Assembly (NCBI GenBank): GCA_965203295.1
Contig: CBDBCZ010000017.1
Location: 2,176,001 to 2,240,000 of the forward strand
DNA: 64,000 nt
Direction of reading: 5' to 3'
Origin: Nitrospirales bacterium
Lineage (GTDB): Bacteria; Nitrospirota; Nitrospiria; Nitrospirales; UBA8639
Shown here: positions 46,743-61,189 of the stretch, in pieces
Position numbering within the stretch: position 1 is the first letter of the stretch
Layout: each line of letters opens with the position of its first letter
Program-made: the position numbers and the translations under genes
Notes under the pieces: generated by a model
What the model was told of the DNA's origin: nothing
Seen by the model: the letters and a program-made list of their open reading frames with translations, nothing else
Databases searched by the model: none

Positions 46743-46883
46743 GGAAGCAAAGACCAAGGATAGGATCGCCAGAGAAGTCCGGTGTGTACCCAGTCAGACA
46801 ATTCCCGCAGTTTTGACCAAATGCGGTAGTAACACATTCTCGTGTGAACTCGCAGCCTCCATAGTAAGGAAGACGGCACTTGT
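46743..46883 (-). CDS. aGPCR EGF-like exon
   Basis: KCRLPYYGGCEFTRECVTTAFGQNCGNCLTGYTPD...C (6 Cys); phase 1-1 exon. Confidence 0.85.
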
Positions 46884-46927
46884 CTGCAAATAAAAAATAC
46901 ATAATTATATTTAGTTTTAGTAAAAGC

Positions 46928-47443
46928 CAGAGGAGGTTGGACACGGTCATGTGACAGCCTACGTGATCGTGAGTTGTATGAATTCTCTATGGAGCTGCCT
47001 GTACAAAAGTAGTTTAGTCCAGTTTTGGCAAAGTTCTGCTATCAATATACAAGAAACGCATATTGTTGGAATCTGCTTGTGATGCGCTTTTAGAAAAGCG
47101 AGCCAACCCCGTTCAACCCCTGCATGGGTAATTGCAGAGCTACGGTCGTTTAAATATCTAGCTATTGGCAAGGCGAGACTACATACTGGATTCTATCTAG
47201 TAAGGGAAAGATGCTGCCCGTATAGGTCCGTTCCAGCCATCTTGCAGCAATCTACAGGCTATTGCAGCTTTATAACGAGCTATGCTTACCTTCTCAGTGA
47301 GCTAATTGCATGCTGGAATGCAACGTGGAATGTAATAATCATGGATAATATAGTTTACGTGTCTATATTATCCATGGTAATAAAAAGTGCAGCAAAAGGC
47401 ACGTGACTGCGCACATTAATGAATGCGTGTCCAACCTCCTCTG
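46928..47443. mobile_element. Intronic hAT-like MITE
   Basis: 18-bp TIR CAGAGGAGGTTGGACACG; near 8-bp TSD GTAAAAGC / GTAAAAAGC; related TIR fragment near 6911. Confidence 0.8.
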
Positions 47444-47899
47444 GTAAAAAGCTAATGGAGAACAAAATGTAGCTTTGGTTTTAGTTAGCCAAAAAAGGTT
47501 ACTAAAACATTTTAGTATTCAGCTATAACTAAAATAATGGGCTAATTTTGGTTTAGTTTAGTTGTAGTTGACTCCCTGAGGCCAGTGTCCTTGAAGTTCT
47601 AACTTTTAAATTAGTATTAGTTAACTAGACCTGGTTTTGCTCCTACTAAAAACGCTTTTTGTTTAATATAACTAAAACAACACTACGCATGAATGCACGG
47701 GTTCCATCATAGATAATATACCTCCTTCCCCGGGTATATTATCTATGGTTCCATACATACATAGATCCAATATTATGTGCATGCATGATTGTACATGTAT
47801 TCAGTACGCATTCAATCCTTAGCTTTACTTGAAAATCGATCCTTGGTAGGCGCATGCACGTTTTGTTTGGGATGGTGCATGAGTTAGGATACAACTTAC

Positions 47900-48332
47900 T
47901 TTCGCAGATGAAACTTCTTTCGTCAACTCCAAAACCACATTGATCAATACCGTCGCAGAGGGCCCCCAGCTGAACGATTTCCTCACCCGTGCACCGAAAC
48001 TCCCTCGGGTTTCCGAACAAGCCGACGCCTGCATCAGTGCGTTGAAGAGAAAAGATCGCCACTATAGACAGCTGCATGCATGTAATAGCAGTGGTTTACT
48101 TACAGTCCAAGCTCGCAAAGTCATCTCCTTCGTCTATACCGCCCGGACAGTCGTCAACTCCGTCGCAGAGCTGATCCGTAGTGAGACACCTGCCAGTAGT
48201 AGGACAGGAGAGATTGTCATCTCCGCACGGCAAGGCAAAGCCAGTCACATTGTTCTGAGTGTCAACGCGCCGGAGTATTAGAAGCAACAGCGGAACCACT
48301 AGCCACTGCTTCATGGCTCTGCGCCCATGCAT
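47900..48332 (-). CDS. aGPCR signal peptide and two LDL-receptor class A exons
   Basis: MKQWLVVPLLLLIL; CPTTGRCLTTDQLCDGVDDCPGGIDE; FRC...LCDGIDQCGFGVDE. Confidence 0.88.
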
Positions 48333-49399
48333 GAAGCGACAACTTTCTGCAGTTAATATGCCAGTACACTACAAGTGGGAGCTACTACAAAAACCCAGCA
48401 TGCACGTGTTTGCGTATATTATACGCATGGCACCTGGTCCAATAAAACTCATTTTACATACTTTTAGAGACTGTAATTTGCCTGTACCACACCGCGATGG
48501 GTCCACACAGAGATGGTTTTTTTCTTGTGCAAGATAGAGCAAACCAGAAGCCATCCAACTGGTCAACAAAACACTTGGCTTGCTTCAAATAGATTCAAAG
48601 TACTATTGTTCCAAATTGTTTTCATTTCCCTCATATAAGGGCTTCCTCGCCACGTGCACATGCAGTGAGCTGCAGTTGCTTCAATGAGATAGTATATAGC
48701 TATATAGCTATATAGCTATGCATGTTTAGCTAGCTATATAGCTGATTGTCTTAGCTAGCTACACAGAATTTTAGAAGTTCGTGATGAAAATTTTTCTTGC
48801 ATCAGGCTCATTGCGTGGGAGGAATGTTGAAATTTGGAATTTTGGAATTTTATTGGAGCTTTAGGTCAGGGTGGCCCATAAGCTATACAAAAACAACAAT
48901 TTGAAACACTATTATTTCAAAATATATAACACTATTGTAGGTATCTACTCCTCAGTTTGCATAAAATAAAAACAAAGTACATGTAACCAATCAACTTGTA
49001 AAACCTATCCTCTAAATCGTCTCTCATTATAAAATTAAACTGTATGCTATCTTGCATGTTGGATACATAGCTAGCTAGCTACTACTAGCTAATTTCAATG
49101 AACACAGACTATCTGAATGTGCATGGTGTTAACCTGGGCATCGTATAAAGTGAACTTTATCCTCTGTTTCAAGTGTGCATGCATGCAGGGCATAAACGTG
49201 CTGACCTCTCAGGAGGACTGTGGTGGTGTCGTGCTTTCTCAATTTCCAAATTATGATTAGATGTCCTTAGTTTTACTGAGTGCAATCTTGTGTGCTGGAA
49301 TAGTTACAGCTGCTAAATACGAACTCTTTGCATGTGTCACTTTACAAGCTTTCAGTACTCCAAGTTTGGAAGTATTGCCCACTGTGTTGACTATGGCAT

Positions 49400-49660
49400 T
49401 CTTATAGTGGAGTTGTAATTTGGTGATTCAGAATAGTACTTCGTAAGTGTCAAAGGATCTGCGACATTAACTCCAAGTTCTACCAGGGTATCACTGAGAT
49501 GCTGGAACCATGGTGTCTGTTCCCTTTGATGGACGAGTAATGCTTCTTTCAGTAAAATGTGGTCACTATTCCCGATCCTGTACCACCAGCAGATGACCTT
49601 GATCTTTAAAAACATTTCAATAGGGTATTCCCCAAGCTCGATCTGTATCTCCTGCAAGTT
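49400..49660 (-). mobile_element. LINE ORF2 C-terminal remnant
   Basis: ELGEYPIEMFLKIKVICWWYRI...LLKEAL...W resembles the post-RT region of non-LTR retrotransposons. Confidence 0.55.
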
Positions 49661-50089
49661 GGTCCGTTAGAGACTGTAGCTGTGATTGGACACCTTCTGT
49701 AGTCATATGCTCTATAAAATACTACACATTTTGTGCTGAAATGTGGTAGTATTGACCACTTTCCTTCCCCTTCTCATCTAGTTCCAGCTCATCTCGCTCT
49801 GTTAAGTCTTCTAACAACATGGCTGCTGTGCTCCCTTTACTCTCTTCTTGAAGTTTCGTTGACACGTGCACAATGCAAGTTGAAGATAGGTTCAGACAGC
49901 TTGCATGGATGGTGGCAGTAGAGCAAAGTCACTCGTATACAATTAATTACTGCATATGTGACGCTATGAAGTAATTCGCAACGAAACAAAGGGCAAAATA
50001 TTATTATGGCTACAAATATCTCATGAACAATTAAACCTAGATGAGGATCTTTTCCTGTGTACGTGCATGTTACATACCTCCTGAGCGGG

Positions 50090-50404
50090 TACAAAATCTG
50101 GGAGCAACTTGAACAGGATCTGATTAATATTCCAAACCACTCTTATATTATTATTATTAAAGGTGATTTAAATGCAAGAGTGGGTACTTTGCTCAATTAC
50201 GTGCAAGAGAATGATTTTTTTCGAGAAATTATCCCGGAAGATACCCTACTGGACCAGGCAAATATGGACCTGAAAATCAACACGCATGGGAGGTGCTTGA
50301 TAGATCTACGTTTAAAAACACAATTGCTGATTCTGAATGGACGACTACACCATGATCAAGGCTTAGGCCGATACACATTCCTTAGTAAACTTGGATGTAT
50401 GTAG
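50090..50404 (+). mobile_element. LINE AP-endonuclease remnant
   Basis: IIIKGDLNARVG...D.KIN.HGR.LIDL...LLILNGR...G.YTF. Confidence 0.8.
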
Positions 50405-52241
50405 ACACATGGCCTAAGCAACTGGCATCAGCCTAGTTTAACAAATCAGAGGAAAAAGCAGTACATGTACATACGCTGGTGAAGAAAGGGTGAGTTGTTA
50501 TTGAGAGTCTTTCATATTGTTGATTAGCTAAAGCCAAATGGAGCAACTTCTATAATAGAATACATATGTCCAACACAGAGTATTTTTATTTACACCCATC
50601 CGTCAACAGCAAATCAGTGTACATGTAATGAGTGCATTGAGTATGGATAGAGATGCCCTTTTAGTTTTCATGTACTTCGTAATGCAAACTTACCAGTGCA
50701 GCAATGTCTTCAGTGCCATAGGTAGTGATGACGGCACTAGTGTCATCAAAATCTCCGGTATAAGCATACAGTACTTGAATGTGTAGGGATGTTATAACAT
50801 CTTGACACACGATGCCAACAGACCCCCTGTTGTGTGTGTGTGCAAACAGAGTCTTCCTGTTAGTATGTCAGTTCCTTTATTAATGCTGGGGATAACTAGT
50901 CTACAATGATGAATGCATTACCAATACTGATCACAGTAAACTCATGCATACATGCAGTGTCACACAAGCACATAACTAATAAATAATGAAAGCACTGAAG
51001 TGTAAACCTCACCCAGCATTCTTAGACTATAAATGTCACGTACATTTTGGTTAAAGGCTAGTCCCGTATGCTACCACTAAAAGGGGTGGCTTTTATGATG
51101 TATATGATTGGTTCCGCCAAGCAAACGGTAATTGCTAGCACAATATTCAAAACTATGTCATTCAGAGGTCGAAGTACATAATGGCCGACAGCTCAGTTTG
51201 TGCAGCTTAGTTATATACACGAGCAGACGGAGATGCAGCGTTTGATGTACCAGTATAGCCTGTACAGAAGCAGACCACTGCGGGCATAGCCTAGTAACAG
51301 GCATTGTGCATTAAATATGCTACAAGCCAACTCACAACCGCCAGAAGAATGTTGTTTTGCTACAAGCAAACCCACAAAAATGCTGTTCGAGAATAGAAGC
51401 ACGTGTAGTCATGTAAAGAGCTAGAGCCCTACGTGCTACCCCGTGACCCATTAAGGGGTGTGGTTTGCCACATCAAAAGCCTACTTCTAGAGCTATTCAT
51501 GTACATGTAAACTCAACAGATGATATTTTTCCTATTGATGTAGTGGTTCACTAAGTTAGCCTATACATTACTACTTGAGAAGGATTTGTACCCAGGCTTC
51601 CTCTCCACCTCTTTTGTACAGTGCCTAAAAGCTGGGAGAGGAGCCTGCATGGATGAGTTTATGATAAATGGATTGGTTGCCTTATAGTGTAATAAATTTT
51701 TACAGCATTTAAATGTTGTGGGTTTGTAACTGGGTCAAGATAAGACTTTCTGGAGCCATAGTGATCACAAGGATAACAGTCTCATTTCCATGAATTAGCT
51801 ATGGCGATATTCTTAGCTGATTCAGTTTTACCAGCCAATATACATTTAATAAGTATCCACATTTGCAGTCCAGCTGTGAAAATCAAGGCTGTCAGGCAGC
51901 ACATTGTATGACAATCAACTTGACTGCATGGCCTAGCTGGGAACAATATAATCCTTGTCCATTGTTTAACATCCAGTATTATTCTTCCCTCTCTCCTCCA
52001 CACAGCCTCACTAACCTGGTAGAAGTCTCTGTATGTCTCCATCTCGAGCTGTAATTAAGGCCGGCTTCCTGGTCCCCCATATGTTTCAAGCTGTGAGGAG
52101 AACTGCTCCACAGTGCCAACGAAATCTGGGTCATCAAACATCAGCCTGGAAGGGTCTGAAAAGAAAACAGCTTACAGAGTTGTAATTAAGAACAGTTGGC
52201 AACCCCCAAAAAAGAAAATGATACAAATGTATTTAAAGGAC

Positions 52242-52410
52242 AACAGTGAAATCCCTCTATTGTGGACACCTTGGGGACATGGTATAGTGTCCTGTATAGA
52301 TAGGTGTCCACATTTCAGGGGTAAATTCTTATTAAGATGGGACATAGCAAAGTGTCCTCAATATAGAGGTGTCCATAATTCAGGGATGTCCTTTATGAGG
52401 GGATCCACTT
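52242..52410. mobile_element. Short degenerate MITE
   Basis: CAGTGAAATCCCTC...GAGGGGATCCACT ends with internal GGACAC/GTGTCC repeats. Confidence 0.6.
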
Positions 52411-55400
52411 AATTTATAAGGGGAGACAGTGACTATAGTTTTTACTTGCGAGTTCTAAGGTTGATTCTGAAAACCGATTTTGAATTCTCTATTTGCTATA
52501 GCCTTGTAAATTTTTTGAGGGTGGGGGGCTTCATATATGAGAATTTAATGTCCTGTATCACTTACTGCGATCCCTCTGCACACAAAATGCTCCGGGATTT
52601 GGACATGAACACGAGCGAAGAGAAGAGCGTAGGATGTCATCTGACTCAAGGTATACTTGGTCCACTGGGCTTTAGGGACAAACAGTGGAGCAGTACAGCA
52701 AATTCATAAGCAAATCTATTTGCCCGAAAACACACCATAGTAGTATCAGCTATCAGGTATATATGGTGTAAATGTCATGTTACGTAAACAATGAAATTGA
52801 GGGGGTCTACATATTTACAGCCCTGTAATTACAAACCCTCAGGGCCTGTAGGTTTTAGATCCCTATAAGACATTTATACTAAATTGGTTCTCACAATAGC
52901 AACAATTAAGCTGGCTAACTGTGAGACGACTCTAATCTCGAGTTTTCCAGCCACCAACAACAGCTTCACTGTTGGAACCTAAATTCAGAAACTGATTCAC
53001 AGACTGATCATGACATCATGGAGACCTATCTCAGCTGCTTTTGAGTGCAGCACCACTAGCAGTGGCAAGTGGGCAATTGTGCTGCAAAATCGCTAAATTG
53101 TGCTAGAATTAGCGCTCTCAAATGTACGTAAGTCACCTGAAGATCCAAAGGAATTTTGTCCCGAAACTAGCTACCTGCAATACAACTAGGGCCAGGCCGC
53201 ACCCACATACACCACCCATCACAACCGATGACCCGCCCCTTTGCCATCATCCAGGCGATAAACAATTAATGTTCCGTACCGATGCGCAACTTGTACTCGT
53301 CCGGTTACGCAACGCAACCCGACGCCGGTTGCGTAAAACCATATACACCTCCACGTGGTCGATCGAACTTGCAGACTACTTGCAGGACCAGAGACGGTAT
53401 GCAGTGGCTTGCACTGTGTGGGCAATTCGAAATCTGGAAACAATTTAGTATGGAGTTGTCATTGGCCAGATCTGCGAGCAAGTGAGTCCTTAGATTTAGG
53501 GATTGGTACGACTTATTTCTGCATGAACGTGCGCTCTCATCAGCTATCAATCCGTAATATTTCTTTGGCTGCACTATAATAAATCGTAGGTGGATGCAAA
53601 ATAGTCTCGTTTCCAGACCCTCTGCGCGAACCCCACACGCGGATCCTTGGAGTGTTGAAAATTTCATCTGTACTTTAATAAGTATGATGTAATTTCCGTA
53701 AAAAAAAATTGCCACCATGTGTTCATTTGTTTACGAGTCGGACAGTGCGTGGTTAGCCTGCATACACCATATGTGATATCTGTGGACGGGGGGTTGTTCA
53801 TGGTGATGCTGTGGTACTCCGTCCCTGCTTCCTGTGCAAAAGAGAGATTGCTAACTGCCGTAACTGCCGGATTCTTTATGGTGACTCGCAGCCACCAAGC
53901 ACTTCCTACCGGTGTACGCGCAATATTGGGACCCCCCAAAATGGGGACCCCCGGTCCCCATATCACTAGAGATATGGGGACCGGGGTCCCCGAAATCTGT
54001 AGCGATATGGGGACCGAGGGGCCGCAAAGCGCTGGTGGTATGGAGATCCTTTATTACAAATTTATGTATCAATGTAAGCGTAGTGTACGTAAGAATTTTT
54101 TGTCACTTCTATATATGCAGTTGGCTAATTGAAGAGGTCATCCATTGTTTAGCTACATGATGGAAGAGTTTATTCACTTTGCCTCTGTTAGAGATATGTC
54201 AATGATTGTGAGAGACTACTGCTAATTGAACATAATTTCCTGCTTGTGGTGAAGCCACACCAGTATTGTGATAGGAACTTTATTGCATTCTTAGTGTTGG
54301 TAGGAGGTTGTGCTGGTAACTGACTTACCTCACATCCTATATTGCAAGATGTATTACCTGGTGCTCCTCTGTATGTGCTGTATTTGGTCATCCTGGTTAA
54401 GTTTCCCTTATTTGGTTGAGTTTTGTACAGGAAGTGTTTATGATTATTTCTTGGGATTGGTACTACCTCACAGTCACACTTACTCACCTAGGGTTTTCTT
54501 TCCCTGTACTATGTTTAATTTCCTTTTGATTTCCTGTACAGGATAGTATTATTGAGGATATTGTTTAATGCTTGTTTTCTGTAGATCATCTTCTTAGAAT
54601 ATTGCAACATATTTTATTACATTCTTATTGGTTTTATATCATCTTTATCCTTTGAGTATTTAAGGAGCACCGGGTGTTGCAGTAGATAGAACATCGATTT
54701 GTCTGTATTAATACTTTGAAGAACCTCGGAGATCTGTTGTCCACACACCGTAACGGTGCGCGCTAAAGTAGTCTGCGAGATTATACTTGTAGTCTATCAC
54801 AATGATTAGCTATTGTTCATGTTGTAGTTGCAACCATGCTCAAAGATGCTTTAGGCCCTTTCCTGTTTTCTTGTACATAGACTTCTGACTCCTCTTTTTC
54901 CCTTGTCCTTGCCACCTGTTCTTGTGCCACCTGTCTATGGAACATTCTAGAACTCTCTTCTCTTCTATATATAGTGTCTCTTTTCGCCACTGTGTAGTAG
55001 TTGTTCAGTTGTTCAGTCTTCACGATTACTATTGGAATGTTACTGAGAAGTTGGTGTACCTATCTACTCTGCGCATCGTTAATCTACTGAAAGCATACGT
55101 CCCTGGCTAGTTCAACTAGTCAGCGTTTGACCCGAGAATAAACTCTACAAAAACAGCCTCAGGTACGTGCTGTCGATACTTAAACCTTGCTCTGCGCTGG
55201 TTTATGCTTGTATATATGTACGTACGTATAGTGACTCATCTTGTGCTTGGATAAAGTGGGTACGTTGAGTCATACTCTATGTCGGGTTATGGCCGTTGCA
55301 TAGTAAAAACATTGCATTTCCAGGTTTTGAAGACAAATTAGATATTTAATAATTGCATACGCATGTGACGTTCCACCTGTTTTTGTACTAATGTTTGCTT

Positions 55401-56901
55401 GTTCGAGATGAACTCCTAATTCACAATTATTTAAACCTTACAGTTAAAACCTTATGGTGTACCTCTACTGCAGCAGTGCTGGAAATCGTATCTATTGCAG
55501 CAGTAACTGTGCAGCACTTCTTGTGTTGGTCAAGCCCTCAACTATTAGGTTATTGATATGAAGGGTATACGTGTACCTATATATAGCATGCTGGTCTTTT
55601 ACTCTTTGTTCTTCAGACCTTGCCAAGCTAGACCAACAGTGGCTTCATAATGAGCTACAGTTCCCAGTCTACCTCTCTCACTTTCAATTCTCTTGGGGGA
55701 AGATGGACCAAGATGATGATTGCAGAAAGGTACACCAAAACCCTCTGTGTGTACTACTAAAGTTATAACTAAAGTGTAGTGAGCAGAATCAAGCCATAAT
55801 TAAGATTTTATCTTTAATTGGAATACAAATGGTAAGTCAGCTAATTAGCCACTTGCATGCTAATATGTATAGCTATTCTAATAAATATGCTTTCATTCTA
55901 AGGCTTGGCAAAAGAAGGGTATATTTACCTTGTATCATGCTTTTGTAACGTGCTTCAGTGGGCGGATACTACGTGCATAAACATACCCCTTGCAGAAAGT
56001 TGACCCTGAAGAGGGGATTGTGTGCTAAATACGTGGCGGGCGCTTGATACGTATTCTACGTAACGTGTATAATGTACATGAGCTGACGTGTCGGAGGTGG
56101 TCTTAGAATTGTTCCCCCCTCCACCTTCGCTGTAGGCTGATGAAGAAGCAGGCAGTGTACTATGGCCCTAGACCCACAGTTGTTGGAGGCCCACTCACCT
56201 GAACATGTGACTCTGCTGTTCCTGTCTGTCATGTGAGCCTGTTGTTTCTCAGACCAATGAATCATACGTGCTAGCACTAGTGTTGATTTCTCACTATTTT
56301 GGGAGGTATATAGATTTGTACCAGATCTCCATGCAGACCTTTTTTGCAACCATATGAACAAAACGAACATTATTCTGTCTCATTGATCGCATCACTGCAT
56401 TTGAAATGTGATGTCTCTGAACTTCCGTATATACACCGAAGGTTATACGCGGTGCGTGGTTGCATAGATAGTTGATGCATTTATTGAGCCCCACAAGTAT
56501 GACGCCTGTTCTCTATCACACACGGTCTTTTTATTCACATAGATGTGGCATGCAGTGGCTCGAAAAATTATGCTTATACAAACCTTCCTGTTGTTTTGCG
56601 GGCACGGCAGTGTGTTCCTCTCCCATGTAGAGCTAGGCCGCAAAGTACAATATCATGTGTTGTTTGACAAGGTGTATGTTAGTAAGACAGACAGCACATG
56701 GCACAATCAAGTTGCTCACGAATCACAAGGGATATTGACGTTGCATATATATAGCTGCTGCACTGTATTGTCAGCAGAAGTGTAAGAATATACATGTGCT
56801 ATCGATTATGAGTACACTACGAATAGAAGGGATCTATGGTAGACAGTCATTTATTTCATTCTGGTGTGTTGTGGCTGCCTTACATACATGTCAATTGCTG
56901 A

Positions 56902-57299
56902 CATTTCATGTCTAAAAAACCAGCCGGGCACCTTTCTCGTACAATACACACAACTCAGCTTAGGCCAAGCTACCTACTGCTATAGAATGCAGTACAGCAA
57001 AAGTGCTGACTCAGCAGTTTCGTTGTGCGCCTCCAGTTAGTAGCTATACGCCATGAAAACGGGATCTTTAAGGCTGCCTACCAAGTTTTCGCCATCTAGG
57101 CAACACACAACTCATTTGCTGTAGCTTAGTCTGCAGTCCTCCAAAAGTTGCTATACACTGCAGTTGCATAGTAACATATGACGTAATATATTGCGCACGT
57201 GATAAGTGTGGACACACAAACAAACAAACACACAGACACGGAAAACGTAAAGCAATCTTAGGACCAGCCGTTCGCGCGCTGCGTGCGCTCCAGCTGGTA
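56902..57299 (-). mobile_element. Copy 2 of the 15274-15724 repeat family
   Basis: Shared CATTTCATGTCTAAAAA...GGAAAACGTAAAGCAATCTT... Confidence 0.75.
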
Positions 57300-60200
57300 T
57301 AAATCAGACCACCAAGTAGCCTAAGAATACCTAGTCTCAGGTCAAGCTTTGTGATGTAGTATGACATGAGCAATACATGCACATGTAGATATGGTACTCT
57401 GCACCTGAAGAAACTGATGCATGTTAATGTCATGATGAACCCCTTCAGTCAGCAACTGGGAGTTTCTTGGAAGTCACTGTTGATGCTATTCATCATTAGG
57501 CATAGACGTGCACTCAGAGGATACAGGGATTTGTCCTAGGGGGTCCTCAAAATCGCTCATCAATGGGGGTGATCCTTATTAACTGGAATAGCCCAATCTT
57601 GTAATTCATCTTTTTATTCTAATGTAGGAGATTGTCTGGACGTTTTGTTGATGAGATTTGCCAGGCCCCTCTTCTACCTAGATGTACATCAGCTCTTCCA
57701 TGCATTGAGTTCCTCTATACCATTCAATGGGCTGAAAACCAAAAAGGTAACTATACCTTTGCACTTGCCATGTAGTGTGTACACATTTTACAGCATGTTA
57801 GTGTAAGTCAATTGTCTTGACAGTGTGTGTGTAATTTAAATGGGTTAAGTGTTTATATATGGAACTACATGTAGCACTGCTTTACAATTAACTTAGTGCA
57901 AGTTACAACGTAATTAACACATCGCAGAAAAAAACGGTAACCTATTTGGCAGAGAGTGGCCATGCAATATACATTCATGTTTGTGTTCGCATTTGCGTTC
58001 ATGTGCATGTTCATATTCACAATGCGATTCACGTTCGCCCTTTCCTAATATTTGTATGGTGGCTGAGAGTATGTCCGTTTACTAACTTAATAGTTATGTA
58101 CATGTACTAAGTAAGTAAAGTATGTAGATTGATATAATTTTGGACTAGGTGAACTATCATCCGCATACGTAGCTCATTGTGGTTATGCAGCCGTGACGGT
58201 ATGAGCTCATTCAGTGATGATTCTGCACAATCGTAGATGCAGGTTCTTTCGCTGTGTCGTCAGTGCTGAAAGATACTCCCAATTTCTCCAACATGGCATG
58301 TACTTGTCCGGCCTGTAAGCTTACAAATGGCAAGCCTGATGTCACTTCCTGTTCCCCTAGTGCATTTTCTATCACTGGCTCTATAGTGACGTCACCAAGG
58401 TCTTTGCATAAACTCCTGATGTGTATATCATGTGTCATACTAGGCGTCCTTTGAGTTCAGGATATAGTGCACTCAGGAATAGATGACAACATACATGTAT
58501 TTCACTATCTTCAAAAGCCGCAGCTACTACTGTGGTCATTGATTCTGCATTGTAGACTAACATGGACAGGTTGTTCCACTTAACATGTACATGTTATGTA
58601 TTATAATGCAGTAGATTGCACGAGGTGAGAAAATGCCAGCAGAGTGTTTAAGGGTAGCTACTGTAGTACAATCGTACTCTGTACAAGCAGTTGTTCGCAG
58701 ACTGCATTTTTCTTTAGGTTCTGGCCAAATTATTGACTCTGCTGGAGCAGGTACATTAATTTCAGGTGCTGTCAATGCACACACACATCCATACATGGCC
58801 TTAATAGGCGTATTTTACTGCATGCCTCTGTGGTGGATTTGGTTAGGTGGGATCTTGTTAATGTTTGCATTCATTAATATACTTCGGCTGCCAGTTACAT
58901 GTACATGTACTCTGCAGCTGCGTTCGACACATCTATTAATTGTATCACTTGTGCATACATGCATGGTATTCCATGCAAAGGGTCTCGGGAACTGCTGAGT
59001 GGTATACGTATGTATCAAGCACATTGCTAGGCTCTGCCCAGTGCAAGCTGCTTAGCAACCATTGTCTTCCTGATCAGCCAGAATGACAGTTGTCACTGGA
59101 CGTCCTGCCGCCCACTGATGCTCAATCCTTTCTTTGCTACCACTATTTTTGTATCATTAAAGAATGAAACTTTTGTTTCAATTTCAGTTAGCCAACTTAA
59201 TTGAAAATAGAACACTGTTAGTATTAGTTTACCATAATAAATGGGTTGATTTTGCTGAAAATAAAACATAAGTTGTAGTTTATTCCCAGTACTTTTGAAT
59301 TCTACATTAGTTTTAGTAATTAACTAAGTCTGTTTTGGTTCAACTAGACGACCTTTGTTTTCAGTTTCAGTTAACTAAATCATCACTACTACTTACCCCT
59401 ATCCATGTGCAGAAGTAATTGCTCCACAAGCTCTTTCTCTTTATATTCAGATTGTATTCCTACAACATCGGTCATCCTAGATCACATACTGTGGCTTATT
59501 GGACTACAGTGGCTGCAGGTCAGTTTCTATTATGTTAAATACAGAATGTCTGCTCAAGAATTAACTCATTGCACGCGACCATGATTTCACACGGAAGATT
59601 AGCCTTTGCGTCATAAATTATTAAAGTGTACTAAGCGTATTAGTGTAGCAATTGATGAACTTTTTCGCTAACTATGTCAAGGAAGTGGCAGATTCTCTGT
59701 TGTTTTTTTTTGCAAAGACTGTTGGCCACAGCTATTCAGCACAAAATGGCTGCTGATTGGACCATAAAAGCCTCTTCAGGATCGATCACAAGGTTCATGG
59801 TAATTTATATTTCCAATACAGCAATATTGAAAACGAAGTCTGTGCACTCTAGCAGCAAAGCAAAACAGTCCAACTGACTCCCTGACTGTCTCCAGAAGCA
59901 AGAATGTCAAAGCTACCACTGGCACTGACTCTAGTGTCCAATTAACTGTGTAATTAATTATGTAGCTTGCCATAGTTGGCGATCATTCATTGCCTGCCAA
60001 TTTTGCCATGTATGAGGGGTTATTTTACGGTTACATCACTGATTAAAGGTGTGGCCAAAAGACACTGTAGCCGTAGGGAGGGGCTTTCCCTTCGCCAAAG
60101 GCCGGCACACACGAGCAAGTCCGCAAAAGCCTATAAATAGGCGTTTCGCATACACTGTAGACTAATTACACTATGTGTGCCTATGTATATATATAATCAC

Positions 60201-61189
60201 GCCACATGCAATCTGTTAGGTGTTTTATAACTGCTGCAATAAACATGCATTTCTGTGCTTTTAAGTCCCTCTGCTAGAGGGAGATACAGGTTAGACTCTG
60301 TGTAGTGATCAATCTGCCTTTCTGTAGATTGATGAAAGTACACCTGCAACAGGGGACCTGGTTGCTGGTAGCAGTCTCACTCGGGAACAATGCCAGCTAA
60401 TAAGAGAGACTACCCAACAACACCTCAGCAGAGGTTAGCAACTTCCATTTGTTGTGTACAACATAGCACATGCACACATGTGAAAGTTTGTGGTCATTTG
60501 TAAATGGTCTATGTCATATGGAGGACAGTGTAGGAATTGTTTTACGAATTTGAAGACTCTACAAACACTGAGGCCTCAACAGAGGGCTTTATGGCAGCAG
60601 CTTGCAGCAAGCCTTTGAACACTGTTTAATTCAGTCGTGTGCGTTAAGCTGAATAATGTTCACCTTTCAGCTTCTAGTTATTTGTATACCTCCCCATGAA
60701 TTGCAACCTTGCCAAGGCCCTCTGATGAGTCAATAGAAAAAACTACGTGTTTTGATTGTTTCCCAAATATGCCATTGTTTCTGTAGTTGAACTAATTTTT
60801 GAGCATCACCGGATGGATGTAGATACACTCTCAGTAAACAACTGAGATGTTAAGTAGTAGCTGATGATTGGTCGCCATGTGTGTTTGGGTGTGCTAGTGC
60901 TATACATATTACTGGAAGTGGGTGAGGCCTGCAATCAATACTACAAACCCTTCACACTTTGAGTTGAAAGTTTTCACTAATTTGTGTACATTGTAACAGA
61001 CATGTAGGTATGTATGTACATTTTCCACTTTGGGAATTAAACATTAAACCATGAAGGGTAGAACCATTTACCTCTAATTATTCGGTTTTTCTAATCATCT
61101 GAATGCATTACTGTGTTTGCTCTGATTCACCTATAAATCATTTTTTAACAATTCTATGATTACACAATAGACATTGCTATAACACTTCA

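Larger units (their letters stand above)
39171..48332 (-). pseudogene. Adhesion GPCR (signal peptide, LDLa x2, EGF-like, Calx-beta, GAIN/GPS, secretin-like 7TM); probably pseudogenised
   Basis: GT-AG exons: 48332-48104, 48061-47900, 46883-46743, 45309-45148, 45072-44848, [unresolved], 43171-43004, 42511-42435, 42373-42271, 42200-42140, ~42059-41843, 41698-41592, 41522-41477, 41406-41300, 40946-40810, ~40747-40475, 40227-39171. Family identity is strong; pseudogene status is inferred from a phase clash near 40745 and no identifiable exon for the second half of TM4. Confidence 0.75.

Noticed and set aside
53908..54040. GGGGACC/GGTCCCC repeat cluster and overlapping ORFs
   Set aside because: Looks like the subterminal repeats of a DNA transposon end; second end not identified and ORFs are low-complexity
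56050..59100. Cys/His-rich ORF fragments as a transposase or gene
   Set aside because: No motif I can assign with confidence; needs BLASTx
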